Below, in pieces: positions 28,601-37,800 of a stretch of DNA of 64,000 nucleotides; position 1 is the stretch's first letter, and each line of letters begins with the position of its first letter. Both the position numbers and the translations under genes were made by a program. This DNA is from Bacteroidia bacterium (lineage in GTDB: Bacteria; Bacteroidota; Bacteroidia; J057), in the NCBI GenBank assembly GCA_045106685.1, contig JBGCFB010000148.1, forward strand, positions 518-64,517, read 5' to 3'. The notes beneath the pieces are model-generated. The model had not been told where the DNA came from and did no database searches. It saw nothing but the letters and a program-made list of their open reading frames with translations.

Positions 28601-31600
28601 ATGCAACAGGAGGAGCCAATTTCAACTCCGGTGCAAGTGGTGTCGATATCAATAATAATACCGGCTGGACATTTGCATCCTGTAGTGCATTCTACTGGGT
28701 CGGCGGTTCAGGTAACTGGTCTGATTTCCAAAATCACTGGGCCTCATTTTCTGGTGGACCAGCCAATCAGACCAACATCCCGGGCCCTGCTGATGATGTC
28801 TATTTTGATGCAAACTCATTCTCTACACCAGGCCAAACCGTCACCTTTGACATGGCTAATCCAGTATGTAGAAGCATGAACTGGTCTTCTGCCCCTAACA
28901 ATCCTACCCTGGATGGAGGCATAGCAACCAGCCTGGATATTCACGGCTCCCTGTATCTCACAGCCCTTATGAATATCAACTACACAGGTAACTATAACTT
29001 TAAATTGGGCTTGTCTGAAGCGATTATCAATACCGCTACACAGCGCCTGAGCAAAATGAATTTTGTAGGTCCAGCAGCAAATACAACTACAGGTACATGG
29101 AATATCGCCAATAACCTGGATGCTGATGAGATCAACCTTGATCAGGGAACGCTGAAACTAGATCGCTACACGATCACAAGTCCATCCATCAATTTAAATA
29201 CCGCCCAAAATCGTGTGTTTAATCTTGGTACTGGAAATATTGTGTGTGAAGATGGAAACTGGACAGTGAATAACACCAGCGGCCTTACCTTAATCCCAGG
29301 CAGCTCTGAGATACGCATGACCGGCAATACCGGAACCTTCAATGGTGGCGGACTGACCTATCATGATCTGTTCTTTGAGTCAGTGAGTACTGCTCCTATC
29401 GAAGGCACCATCAACGGCTCCAATACCTTCGAAAGAGTGGGGGTAGGAGAAGGAGGGATCCTGAACCTGGAAGCTGGAGAAACCCAGATTGTGAACCAGG
29501 ACTTCATCGCCCAAGGCACCTGTCCTGGTCAAATTACCATCCGCTCGACCATCGACGGTTCACAAGCCAACTTAAGCAAGACTGCTGGCTCAACCACCGT
29601 TTTGTTCAATATCATCAAAGACATCAACGCAACAGGAGGCGGCAGTTTTATCGCCGACCTTACGTCCGACCTTGGTGGTAATAGTGGCTGGACCTTCACG
29701 CCATTACCGACTACGCTTCGTGTCAATATCGCTGGTGCAGACGCGGTCTGTCCAGGAGTGAATAATGGTACTGCCATGGCGAACATTACAGGAGGTATTA
29801 CGCCTTTTGTTATTCGCTGGTCAAATGCACAAACAGTTACCAATCTTACGAGCCTGATCCCAGGAGAGTATTCTATTTTCGTGACTGACTCAGTAGGTTG
29901 TACCGCTGCGGATACGGTTACGATTGGGCAGCCTGCAACAGTTAATATTTCCGCAACGGCAACCTGGTCAGGTGATACGATTTGTGTCGGTACTCCTACA
30001 GGCAAAGTCAATACGACTGCCAGCAACTTCCTGGCTCCTTTATCTTACAGATGGAGCGACGGTGGTGCCACAACGCAGAACCGTACAGACTTACTGGCTG
30101 GCCCGAATACGGTGACAGTCATTGACGGCAATTTGTGTGAAGCTACCGCTACAGCAACTGTCGCTAGTTTCGATGAGGTAATCGTTTCATTTGCCAAGCC
30201 AGTAAGCGCCTGTGTAAGTGATAGTCTTACGTTCTTAGGGACGACCAGTAGCAACGATGCTGCGAATGTGTATGACTGGGACTTTGGTGATGGAAATACT
30301 GCTTCTGGCAAAATTGCTGGCAAGCACCAATATGCAAGCGCAGGTCGCTACGGAGTTACGCTTACCGTGACAAATAGCATCGGCTGTATCGGAAGCTTTA
30401 TTGATAGTATCGATGTATATGGCCTGCCTACGGCGACCGCTACGATTACTCCGGCCGATTGTGGAGTATGTAATGGTGAAATTGCCTTAAACCTCACGGG
30501 AGGTTCTGGCAACCTTCAGCTAGCAGACTTAGCATACACCCATACGTTCGACGGATCTACGATCGATGCCAACTTTGAGCACAATGGTCCAAGTGCATTT
30601 AGCCAAAATGAAGAACTCCTTGTTGCTGGAAATACAGGCTGGAGACACTATTTCCGATCCAAAACAACTTACACCCGCGAAGCCGGAAAGGAATTCACCT
30701 TCTCATTTTATCATCCCACAAATGGCGACAACATGATAGGATGGTATGGTGCCCCTGCAGTAAGTAGTTACTTTTATCAAGACCTGGTATATGGGATTCG
30801 GTTTTTAGAAAATGCAATTCAAATATATGAGGACGGAAGTAGAACAGCTTCCATCGGCAATGTCAACCTGCCGGGTAATATCGTTGGAAACAACTGGTAT
30901 GAAGGGCGTATCGTCCTAAAAGCGGTAGGTGCAGAATTCTATATTCGTCGCCGCGGCCAAACGTCATGGTATCACTTACATTCATCCACTCGTTCCAGTG
31001 AAGACAACCTGCGCCTGGGCATTACTCCAAATAATGCTCGGACAGGAGTAAAGACAGATGATTGGCAAGTCAAAACTGTCGACCCAGATATGACCGGACT
31101 CTGCGAAGGCCCTCACACATATACCATCATTGACGCTTATGGATGTAGTGTTCCAATAACAAAAACCGTTGGTACAAACGACTCACAGGACCCGGTAATG
31201 TCAGCATGTCCTTCAGCAGTAGCTGTTTCCACTGACGCAACTTCATGTACTGCCACCAATGTAAACCTGGGCACTGCTCCCACAGCAACGGATGATTGTG
31301 GTAGCCCTGTTATTAGCAATAATGCACCTTCCGCTTTCCCGCTTGGTCAAACGACCATCAAGTGGTACGCCACCGATGGCGGAGGTAATCGCGACAGCTG
31401 TAGCCAGACGATCACAGTGACAGACGATGTCGATCCAAAGGCTTTGTGTAAAGATATCAGCATAGCCCTTAGCGCTTCAAAAACAGCCTCTGTCGTAGTT
31501 GCCGATATCAATAATGGAAGTAATGATAACTGTAGTGCGGTAAGTGTCAGTATCGTTGTTGGTCAAACCAGCTTCGATTGTGCTGATGCAAACAAGACCC

Positions 31601-34600
31601 GCATTTTGAAACTGGAAGCAATCGACAACGCCGGAAACAAAGATTCTTGTGAAGCCAACGTTACCATAACGGATGCCGGAGGCTTGTGTAATGCACTACC
31701 GACAGCCGTGTGTAAAAACATCGTTGTAGACGCCGATGCAAATTGCCAGGCTACTGCAATCCCATCTGACTTCGACAATGGATCAAGTGATCCTGAAGGA
31801 ACGACGCTGAGCCTCGCGCTTTCGCAGGCAGGACCATATGCATTTGGTGTTACCAACCTTCGTCTCATCGTTACCGATGCCCTGGGAGGAAAAGATAGTT
31901 GTAATGCAAGTATCACGGTCAACGATACCACACCGCCAAAGGCTTTATGTAAGGATATTGCTGTGTCATTGGATATGCATGGCAAAGCAACGATCGCTGC
32001 TGCAGACGTAGATAATACCTCCACGGATAACTGTAGCATTCAGAGTATGAGCATCGATTCTACAGACTTTGATTGTAGCGAAACAGGTGCAAATTCCGTC
32101 GTGCTTACCGTCATAGATGGTGGTTCCAATAGCGCAAGCTGTACTGCGACCGTTACGGTAACGGACGGCATTAATCCAACGCCAGTTTGTACTAATCTTA
32201 CGATATATCTGGATGCAAATGGCGTGTTCAGTATTACCGCAGGCGATGTAGATAATGGCTCAGCAGACAACTGCTCTATTCAGAGTATGGTCATTGACTC
32301 CACTGATTTTGATTGTGGTGAAACGGGTGCCAATTCGGTGGTCCTTACGGTTACGGATGCCAGCGGCAATTTTGCAAGCTGCACCTCAATCGTCACCGTC
32401 CTTGACTCCCTCGACCCAATCGCAGTGTGTACAGACACCACCGTTTACCTCGATGGAAATGGAACCGTGAGCATCACACCAGCTGAGATCGATAATGGCT
32501 CATCTGATAACTGCTCCATCCAAAGTTCCACGATTAATATATTGAGCTTTGATTGTACTAAAATCGGCACAAATCCTGTCACATTAAGCCTCACAGACCC
32601 AAGTGGAAATATGGCTACATGTAACTCGACGGTGACAGTAGAGGATACTTTAGCTCCATTAGTCAGTTGTAAAAATATCACCGTACAGCTCGATGTGGCG
32701 CAAATGGCATCGGTAAGTACAGGTGACATTGACAACGGGCACTCGGATAACTGTACTTCGGTGATTTTGAATTTGTCTGGCCAAAATAGCTTTGATTGCG
32801 ATGATGCAGATAGTGTGAGAAGTGTCGTTTTGGTAGCAACCGATACCTATGGAAATGCAGACTCATGTACCGCCTCGGTTACGGTAGCTGATGATAACTA
32901 TCCATGTAATCAGGCACCAGTGGCATCATGTAAGAATATCACAGTATACACCTCTGCGGCGAGTTGCCAGGGAACAGCGGCTGCAATCGCCTTTAATGAT
33001 GGCTCCACCGATCCTGATGGCGACATGATGACCTTTACGGTTAGTCCTGCCGGACCTTATGGTTTAGGTGTTACCAATGTGAAACTATTCGTAAGTGATC
33101 CTTCCAATGTGAAAGATTCATGTACAGCTACGGTCACTGTGATCGATAACCTGGACCCAAGCTTTACCGCTCCTGTAGACACATTTGTCTATGCAGACGA
33201 TCAGTGTAATTATGACGCCTCAGTAACAGTTACAGGTGATGCAACTAATATTACTGATAACTGTGGAACAGGCTTGAGCGCTGGATTTAGCGATGCTGTT
33301 GCTTTGGTACCAAACTCCACCGATAAGCTCATCACCCGTACATGGTCAGTGAATGATGGTAATGGAAATATTGTGACAAAGAATCAACTAATTACAGTGC
33401 GTGATACTATTCCTGTTGTCTTTAATTTGTTGGGATCAAATCGCCTTTCCATCGTGCGAAATTCGACCACACCAATTCCTGGATTCGAGGCATACGATAA
33501 CTGTATGGGAGACCTCACTCCAAATGTCGTGGTGGATTCAAGCCAGTTTGATAGAACACGCCCAGCGATTTACACGGTCAGTTACACGCTTAGCTATGTA
33601 GATCCAGCGACCAGCCAGCAGGTTACCCAAGTGCTAACCTTAACGATCGAGGTCACAGGACCTCCGCCCACGATTGCTCTTTCTGCGAATATTTGCCAGG
33701 GACAATCATTTAATATTGCCAGTATCGTCCGTGACTATACAATGCAGGCCACGAGTTTTGATTTTTACACGATGGACCCAACCTCAGCTGGAGCCACCCG
33801 CTTCAAACGATCAACGGCCTTCCGTGGAGTTGCACGGTCACAAGTCATGATTTCCCCATCGGTAACGACGATCTACTGGATGAGAACGAATTATCGCAAT
33901 GGCTCATACCTCGATATCGCGATTCAGATTAACGTAAGCCAATGTGGTGTTAACACAAGTCCGGTAGTGATGCTCGAAGGGCCATATGATGCTTCAACCA
34001 GCCTCATGCGCGATGGACTTCATCAGGCGAATTTGATTCCACTTACAGAGCCATACACAGGCCTCGGATACACATTTGTGCATGGCGGTGCTGAGCAGAT
34101 TCAGGCATCCGTGTTGAATGTAACCGGAGCCAATGCGATTGTTGATTGGGTTGTCGTAGAACTACGTGATTCTGTCAATAGTACACAGGTGGTTTCCAGC
34201 CGCCCGGCGCTTCTTCAGCGCGATGGTGACGTCGTTGATCTGGATGGTATATCGCCTGTTCTATTTGATTTGGTAGAAAAGGACCGACACTATTTTGTAG
34301 CGGTCAGACACCGTAATCACCTTGCGACGATGACAAACCAAAGCCTCTTGCTGGGAGCAAGCTCCACCAGCGTAGACTTTACTGATCCTGCCTTGGCAGT
34401 GTACGGAGGAGCGACTTCGCGCTGCGTACATGTGTCTTCTACTGGAGCCAGCACTTGCCTGCTCTTTGGAGGCGACGCCGACGGCAATGGACAAGTCCAG
34501 AACACCGACAACGTCCTCGAATGGATGCTTAGCGTAGGCACCGCCGGCTATAAAGCCGCAGACTACAACCTCGACGGACAAGTCCAAAATTCAGACATGA

Positions 34601-34650
34601 TTCATGACTGGACACCGAATGTCGGTAGAGGAGGCACCGTGCCGAGGTAA
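22609..34650 (+). CDS. Giant (4013 aa) secreted modular adhesin-like protein ending in a dockerin-like repeat pair
   Basis: It starts with a signal peptide. Five modules each open with the YYW(V/I)GG(S/T)GxWSD..HW..SGG motif (nt ~22704, 24441, 26023, 27373, 28687). These are followed by SprB-type repeats (~29740-30180), a PKD-like domain (WDFGDGNTASG, ~30190-30420), a HYR-like domain (~31190-31440) and about 8 Cys-framed ~80-aa repeats (~31440-33400). The C-terminus has DADGNGQVQNTD and DYNLDGQVQNSD loops. Confidence 0.9.
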   Translation: MLSSLTQKLIAQKSALLFIFSFVLLAVPGFSADYYWVGGSGNWSDHNSHWATSSGGNSFHLSVPSPVDNVFFDKHSFTATGQTVTMDVNAFCSNMTWDSVRHEPTFSGASLELKVGGDFSALKSPFTFIHTGNTFQVSGDFIVTSSDLHLQKSDEFILMGDFVSTASADSLQFGGFDGLSATKIALHGSLILSPGTRLSASRKLEMLSAAIDTVDLAGNTLSMDIEFNNAAGTWVLKSRFQTEKIIYIQNGTFKSNGFNIQTEQDINAYYHQPSLTVDLTGTDSVIVGRTWLMHPVPTLIVDDAVFYMITDGARANSAFYGGHNDYNDVYIDFADAANRRMNFSDNNTFKDVTFLASSSSASNYLTFNHSSRYDHIVIADSGRNTSVTFAGAASQYDHVEVNVYGGGSVNFSAADSVGDLSIFMGEEQGAIVSNLSFGTGIDFYKDIEAEIVGEGTVKHTGTSNYKGFELLAGGSTTVQHLENRGVGENTFRSYKMMKGDPAAIFDVTVSNKSVYDTLLVPGGTSLTLDSTVEHIINEHLVLDGDGANIISLESTKSGQAAIITMGSNSTVQAGFLSIKDNQITGGPYTPVNSINRGNNTGWDFGTAATGGTYYWIGGTGQWSDPSHWAVTSGGAPSGSVPFNLDNVVFDANSFSAHDTVTLTASTTVNTMTWEAGIADKPRFYIEDDLILLGDLLVQDSMTWDAMFSLSTIAGDANLTVGGDIIIHEGVNWNQSGVVSLLTDSSNVTISIPHAIGHSIELGTPTSVGNPSWNLVSDLEIDFWKNNAQGRKRYGVSLENGNFNTNGNKIHAGNYWNANSGNLTQLDISGTDTVFVHDEWLVDTFATVTAGNATFVLSNPDPIFRSFSFNGGRNNYEHLYFSTHQAYRDPNHSISIENEGQVKFVSIYEEGNKPSIAFKGNNHYDSIRIVLDGNANKNISFGTQAADKTTFGNIHVEAEGGTSTVNVRNDPDGTPIDDIYLDLGEKGTVAFGGKVAVAGRVRAFAEEDMDITVQDTSSFTDVSMAVLDLASGEAPGFTINSATVFDSLLLPFGTVLGLPSNQEITIKEHLEIKGVCGTNASILGHGTSSINMVGSATVIADFVELSDHQITGPNTYSASNATDLGNISGWVLGSTNTGSDYYWVGGTGNWSDPAHWALTSGGSPNPCSPGVLDNVYFDSNSFTGASEIVTLDVPAEIKNMLWTSSVQHTPRFSGSKELIVQRDLKVEAPMLWAFGGTLILRGSVELSPNVSFSQSGLTTFESDSTNNVIDLAGKAFINTVTFKSATAGHNPVWNLRSDFWLNSQGQYARSVSFVNGSFISNGHAVNFGGGIVLTSNNTPKLLDFTGTDSIYVSSQWNMGTATSYADHSLIMGNATLVFRTFSRQSMAFYGGDEVYNDIVMDHFYSSDRGNYVLLAGDISVTDLYIRSKSYRRILFNTHASYRDVFVELIDPSASGNKTLSFTTASYSNSFRNFTYTNPYPNQVLLLKGNISAETVSLSYGNTVRFENRDTLRLKQLLIPGDCQNLTTIKSDRSTSPGKIIVTGNDSIKLDWVTLQDIPVEGPKPGAYIASNAITIGDITGWDASLIPDHTFYWIGGSGSWDDPQNWSISSGGPAYGCAIPGPANDVVFDVNSFPNDNMQVTFYTANIECHNMVWNTGDSSMTFTGNKTIKIYGSLQVNSPLLWSVTNQLYVYGSFILNSQVDWQQKHYTNFNGDNPNNIIDMAGNEFLHLAIFDGEQATWTLQDDFIIDDVTTTGAYFLIRAGEFVSNGYDVDGGYQMYLEARNNNRTILDFTGTDTITARRGWYVLRTNIQLTLGSSVILLETDKNEDIYFNGLGYTYNDVLLRHIGSDNRKVVVNGNNTFNNLVIRMIERKDVTINGNNTSNSIDLLYNYSVPASPPLLSVTGTNTVANFSIQSLGTQGPAPARFTQDNTFGSFSATGRGTRLEFGAGKTQTVDNFVILGTGSFPVLMNSTTRGTQTTISKANGDVCLDYVWLEDINATGGANFNSGASGVDINNNTGWTFASCSAFYWVGGSGNWSDFQNHWASFSGGPANQTNIPGPADDVYFDANSFSTPGQTVTFDMANPVCRSMNWSSAPNNPTLDGGIATSLDIHGSLYLTALMNINYTGNYNFKLGLSEAIINTATQRLSKMNFVGPAANTTTGTWNIANNLDADEINLDQGTLKLDRYTITSPSINLNTAQNRVFNLGTGNIVCEDGNWTVNNTSGLTLIPGSSEIRMTGNTGTFNGGGLTYHDLFFESVSTAPIEGTINGSNTFERVGVGEGGILNLEAGETQIVNQDFIAQGTCPGQITIRSTIDGSQANLSKTAGSTTVLFNIIKDINATGGGSFIADLTSDLGGNSGWTFTPLPTTLRVNIAGADAVCPGVNNGTAMANITGGITPFVIRWSNAQTVTNLTSLIPGEYSIFVTDSVGCTAADTVTIGQPATVNISATATWSGDTICVGTPTGKVNTTASNFLAPLSYRWSDGGATTQNRTDLLAGPNTVTVIDGNLCEATATATVASFDEVIVSFAKPVSACVSDSLTFLGTTSSNDAANVYDWDFGDGNTASGKIAGKHQYASAGRYGVTLTVTNSIGCIGSFIDSIDVYGLPTATATITPADCGVCNGEIALNLTGGSGNLQLADLAYTHTFDGSTIDANFEHNGPSAFSQNEELLVAGNTGWRHYFRSKTTYTREAGKEFTFSFYHPTNGDNMIGWYGAPAVSSYFYQDLVYGIRFLENAIQIYEDGSRTASIGNVNLPGNIVGNNWYEGRIVLKAVGAEFYIRRRGQTSWYHLHSSTRSSEDNLRLGITPNNARTGVKTDDWQVKTVDPDMTGLCEGPHTYTIIDAYGCSVPITKTVGTNDSQDPVMSACPSAVAVSTDATSCTATNVNLGTAPTATDDCGSPVISNNAPSAFPLGQTTIKWYATDGGGNRDSCSQTITVTDDVDPKALCKDISIALSASKTASVVVADINNGSNDNCSAVSVSIVVGQTSFDCADANKTRILKLEAIDNAGNKDSCEANVTITDAGGLCNALPTAVCKNIVVDADANCQATAIPSDFDNGSSDPEGTTLSLALSQAGPYAFGVTNLRLIVTDALGGKDSCNASITVNDTTPPKALCKDIAVSLDMHGKATIAAADVDNTSTDNCSIQSMSIDSTDFDCSETGANSVVLTVIDGGSNSASCTATVTVTDGINPTPVCTNLTIYLDANGVFSITAGDVDNGSADNCSIQSMVIDSTDFDCGETGANSVVLTVTDASGNFASCTSIVTVLDSLDPIAVCTDTTVYLDGNGTVSITPAEIDNGSSDNCSIQSSTINILSFDCTKIGTNPVTLSLTDPSGNMATCNSTVTVEDTLAPLVSCKNITVQLDVAQMASVSTGDIDNGHSDNCTSVILNLSGQNSFDCDDADSVRSVVLVATDTYGNADSCTASVTVADDNYPCNQAPVASCKNITVYTSAASCQGTAAAIAFNDGSTDPDGDMMTFTVSPAGPYGLGVTNVKLFVSDPSNVKDSCTATVTVIDNLDPSFTAPVDTFVYADDQCNYDASVTVTGDATNITDNCGTGLSAGFSDAVALVPNSTDKLITRTWSVNDGNGNIVTKNQLITVRDTIPVVFNLLGSNRLSIVRNSTTPIPGFEAYDNCMGDLTPNVVVDSSQFDRTRPAIYTVSYTLSYVDPATSQQVTQVLTLTIEVTGPPPTIALSANICQGQSFNIASIVRDYTMQATSFDFYTMDPTSAGATRFKRSTAFRGVARSQVMISPSVTTIYWMRTNYRNGSYLDIAIQINVSQCGVNTSPVVMLEGPYDASTSLMRDGLHQANLIPLTEPYTGLGYTFVHGGAEQIQASVLNVTGANAIVDWVVVELRDSVNSTQVVSSRPALLQRDGDVVDLDGISPVLFDLVEKDRHYFVAVRHRNHLATMTNQSLLLGASSTSVDFTDPALAVYGGATSRCVHVSSTGASTCLLFGGDADGNGQVQNTDNVLEWMLSVGTAGYKAADYNLDGQVQNSDMIHDWTPNVGRGGTVPR

Positions 34651-34704
34651 TGGAGAATTGAAAATGGAGAATTGAAAATGGAGAATTTACAATGAACAAT
34701 GGGT
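34649..34704. repeat. Heptamer-phased array (AATNNNN) x8 that includes the 14-mer AATGGAGAATTGAA x2.9 and starts in the stop codon
   Basis: The sequence reads aatggag aattgaa aatggag aattgaa aatggag aatttac aatgaac aatgggt. The first AA belongs to the TAA stop at 34648-34650. Confidence 0.9.
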
Positions 34705-34732
34705 GATTAATTATCCATTGTTCATTGTAAAT
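34685..34732 (+). terminator. 18-bp stem-loop after the giant gene (putative terminator, no U-tract)
   Basis: AATTTACAATGAACAATGG (34685-34702) pairs with 34715-34732, leaving a 12-nt loop. Confidence 0.5.
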
Positions 34733-34775
34733 CAATCATAACCAAATCATCAAATCAGCTAATCATCAAATCATT

Positions 34776-34834
34776 CATTCACAGGCAAAAAAGGTCCATT
34801 TACAAGAAAAAACCCGCCCTTCCCTAAAAAGTGC
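34776..34834 (+). promoter_or_regulatory. Conserved upstream element, copy B
   Basis: It matches copy A at 56 of 59 positions. It is preceded by the 26-mer TCAAATCAGCTAATCATCAAATCATT (34750-34775), which is shared exactly with copy C. It ends 54 nt before ATG 34889. Confidence 0.6.
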
Positions 34835-34888
34835 CTAGAAAGTCATGGCTATTTTGGTTCCTTTAGGTTGAATAAAACTACCATTGGA

Positions 34889-37800
34889 ATGAATACTTCA
34901 ACCTCAAGACTGCTACCTTTTTCGCTTCGCTTTGTATGGATTGCCCTTATATTCTGCATGGCGACCTTCGCCAGTGCGCAGCAATCATCCACTTTATACA
35001 TCAATGTTCCTGAAGGTGCTGAAGGCGCCGGGGGAATACTGGGCTTTCCACTCGGAGGAACAAGCTCAAGTTTTGATCATTCATTTAAATATATCCAGGG
35101 ACATAGGCCGATGCATACGGGAATGGTCAAGGTAGGGGCCAAGCTTTACGGCACCAGTCCTGGTTTCAGTTCCTCTAATGCAGTAGGTATATATTCATTT
35201 GACCCGGCAATTAACGACTATGAGTTTGTGCAGCCATTTGATGTTGGACTGCATGGAAGAAACTTATTCGGGAGGATGTTACTTGCCAGTAATGGGAAAT
35301 TATATGGACTTGGTAATAGCAATGGCCCGAATGGAGGAGGGACTCTGTATGAATATGATATTGCTCAGGATACATTGATTATTCGTGTAGCTTTTGAAAG
35401 TAGCCAATACAATTCCCCTCGTGGTTCGCTTATAGAGCCTATACCTGGTAAAATTTATGGTGTGGCGAGTGCTCATCCCCTTTTTCAATCAACCTATGGA
35501 GGTATTTTTGAATATGATATCAATACCCACACCTATACTGTAATTCATTCCTTCAACAACTCCTCTGACGGAGAACACCCATATGGCGGACTAACAGCCA
35601 TCAACCAAAAACTGTATGGACTAACCTTGCACGGGGGAGCTAATAGTTTTGGTGCATTATTTGAATATGACCTCACAACGAGCACCTATACAAAAAAGGT
35701 GGATTTTAATATTACAAATGGCTCAAGCCCATCAAATAATAGTATGACCCTGGCTAGTGGAAAGCTCTATGGTACCACGCGAATTGGAGGTGTTCATGGG
35801 TTTGGGGTTTTATTCGAATATGATCCTGCATCGAATACCTACACTAAGAAATTCGATTTTAGTTCAACATATGCACACCCCTATGGTACTCAAGTACTGA
35901 TTGGTAATAAACTTTATGGCAATACCGCCCCGGAAGCCAGAACTTCTGCCAATAGGGGAGTGATTTACGAATACGACATAAGTGCAGGAACTTTAGCCAT
36001 CAAGCACCCGTTTGGAGGAATTTTTAATGGTATCAACGGACGTAACCCCCGAACCAGTCTTGTTCATTACGGAAATTACCTTTACGGGCTCGCTGTAGAC
36101 GGAGGTATAGGTAATTCAGGAGCAATATTTGAATATGATCTTGGGACTAATCAATATGCAAAGAAGCTTGATTTCTCCGCTGCTCCGAATGGCTCTGAGC
36201 CATCAGGCTCACTAGTAGGCTATCAGCAAAAGTTGCTGGGCGTAAATCGAAAAGGAGGTGGCCAGAGCGGAGGAGCTTTATTTCAATTTGACCCTGCCAC
36301 CCAGATTGTAACTCCTCGTGTAAGTTTAGGGTCACTTACAAATAATACAGATCCACATAACTCAACAGGACTCAGGGTTCTAAATAATGGGAATCAGATC
36401 ATTGGAGTAAGCGAAAACGGAGGCAACGGAGCTAACTTGGGAACACTGTTTGAATATCACCCTATTGCCGCTCCTGCTAATAAAATTACAACTGAATACG
36501 CCTTCGAGATGGCAGCATCAGGAGCAAATGCTTACTCGGCTCCTATTCAATCGAAAAAGACGGGAAATCTTCTGGGCCTCGCCCTAAGAGGCGGAAATGT
36601 CGCCGACGGCGCGCAGGGGACGATCTATGAGCGTACGCAGGGCGGCTCCACGAACCTGCTCCATACCTTCGAGTCAAACGGGGTGCCTTTTGGCTCATTA
36701 ATAGAAAGGGAGAGTGGAATTCTCTACGGGCTGACCAGTGGTAATAAGACCTCAGGCTCAGCTAATTATAATCCCCCCAATTTGCCTGGAACACTCTTCT
36801 CTTATGACGCCAGCTGCGGAGAGCACTATGTATTGCATGCTTTTAATGGACATCAGGGCGAAGTACCTTTTGGGTCACTAGTCGAAGCACTTCCCAATAA
36901 GCTGTATGGAATGACTAGTGGAGGAGGCGCGAATGATCATGGCGTAATCTTCGAATTTGATCTGGAAACCTTTGTCTATACCGTTAAACATGACTTTGAT
37001 GGGACGAATGGTGCCAAGCCATTAGGTTCATTTACGATGCTCAGCAATGGCAAACTTGGCGGAGTAACCAGCGAAGGAGGAGCCAATAATTACGGGGTGA
37101 TGTTCGAGTATGATGCCGCAAGTAGCACCTTCAATAAATTGTATGACTTTACCACTGAAAAAGGAGGAAAACCAGGCATTGAGAATAATATAGTCGAATA
37201 CAGCGCTTGGCCCATCCTGAAGCCCGTCGTGGGACTCACGGCCTGTTCTGCCCAGGCATTAGGGCTTGAACTTTCTACCACAAATGCTTCGGCCCAGACG
37301 GGACATTATAATCTGATTTCCGTAATGCCACAGGCAGGCCTGACGGCTGGCGCTGGAAATGCAAGCGTTGGTGATAACAAATCTGCTCAAGCTATTCAAC
37401 AAGACATTTTTACCAACACCACCAATAACACCCTGCATGTCGATTATGAACTAAGCCCAGTCCGTGCCGACGGTGCCCGAGGAGATACCACTACGATCAG
37501 GGTATGGGTAAAAAGCAGCAGTGCTACCCTCAAGGGAAGTGACTACTGTACCATTCAGGAAGCCATTGATGCAGCAAGTGATGGCGATATGATTAGCATT
37601 AAGGCTGGGAAGCATATAGAGTTTTTGTGTATAGACAAAACCCTCAACTTTGAAACGAGTGGAGGAGCAGTATTTATCGCTGGTCTTACCATGAAAAGTA
37701 CGGGTGATACCCTTATTCTGAAAGCTGATTTTGCGTTAGGGGTGGTAAACATTAAGGAAGGCTTTATCAAACTAAATAATCGCGAGCTCACCCTAGCCCA

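Noticed and set aside
23058-34735. Numerous 60-165-aa ORFs on the minus strand or in alternative frames inside the giant gene (for example 29529-30026 and 31563-32039)
   Set aside because: All are nested in the 12-kb ORF. They arise because the repeat-rich, Thr/Ser/Gly/Asn-biased coding sequence lacks stops in other frames. None has a start context or a family signal.
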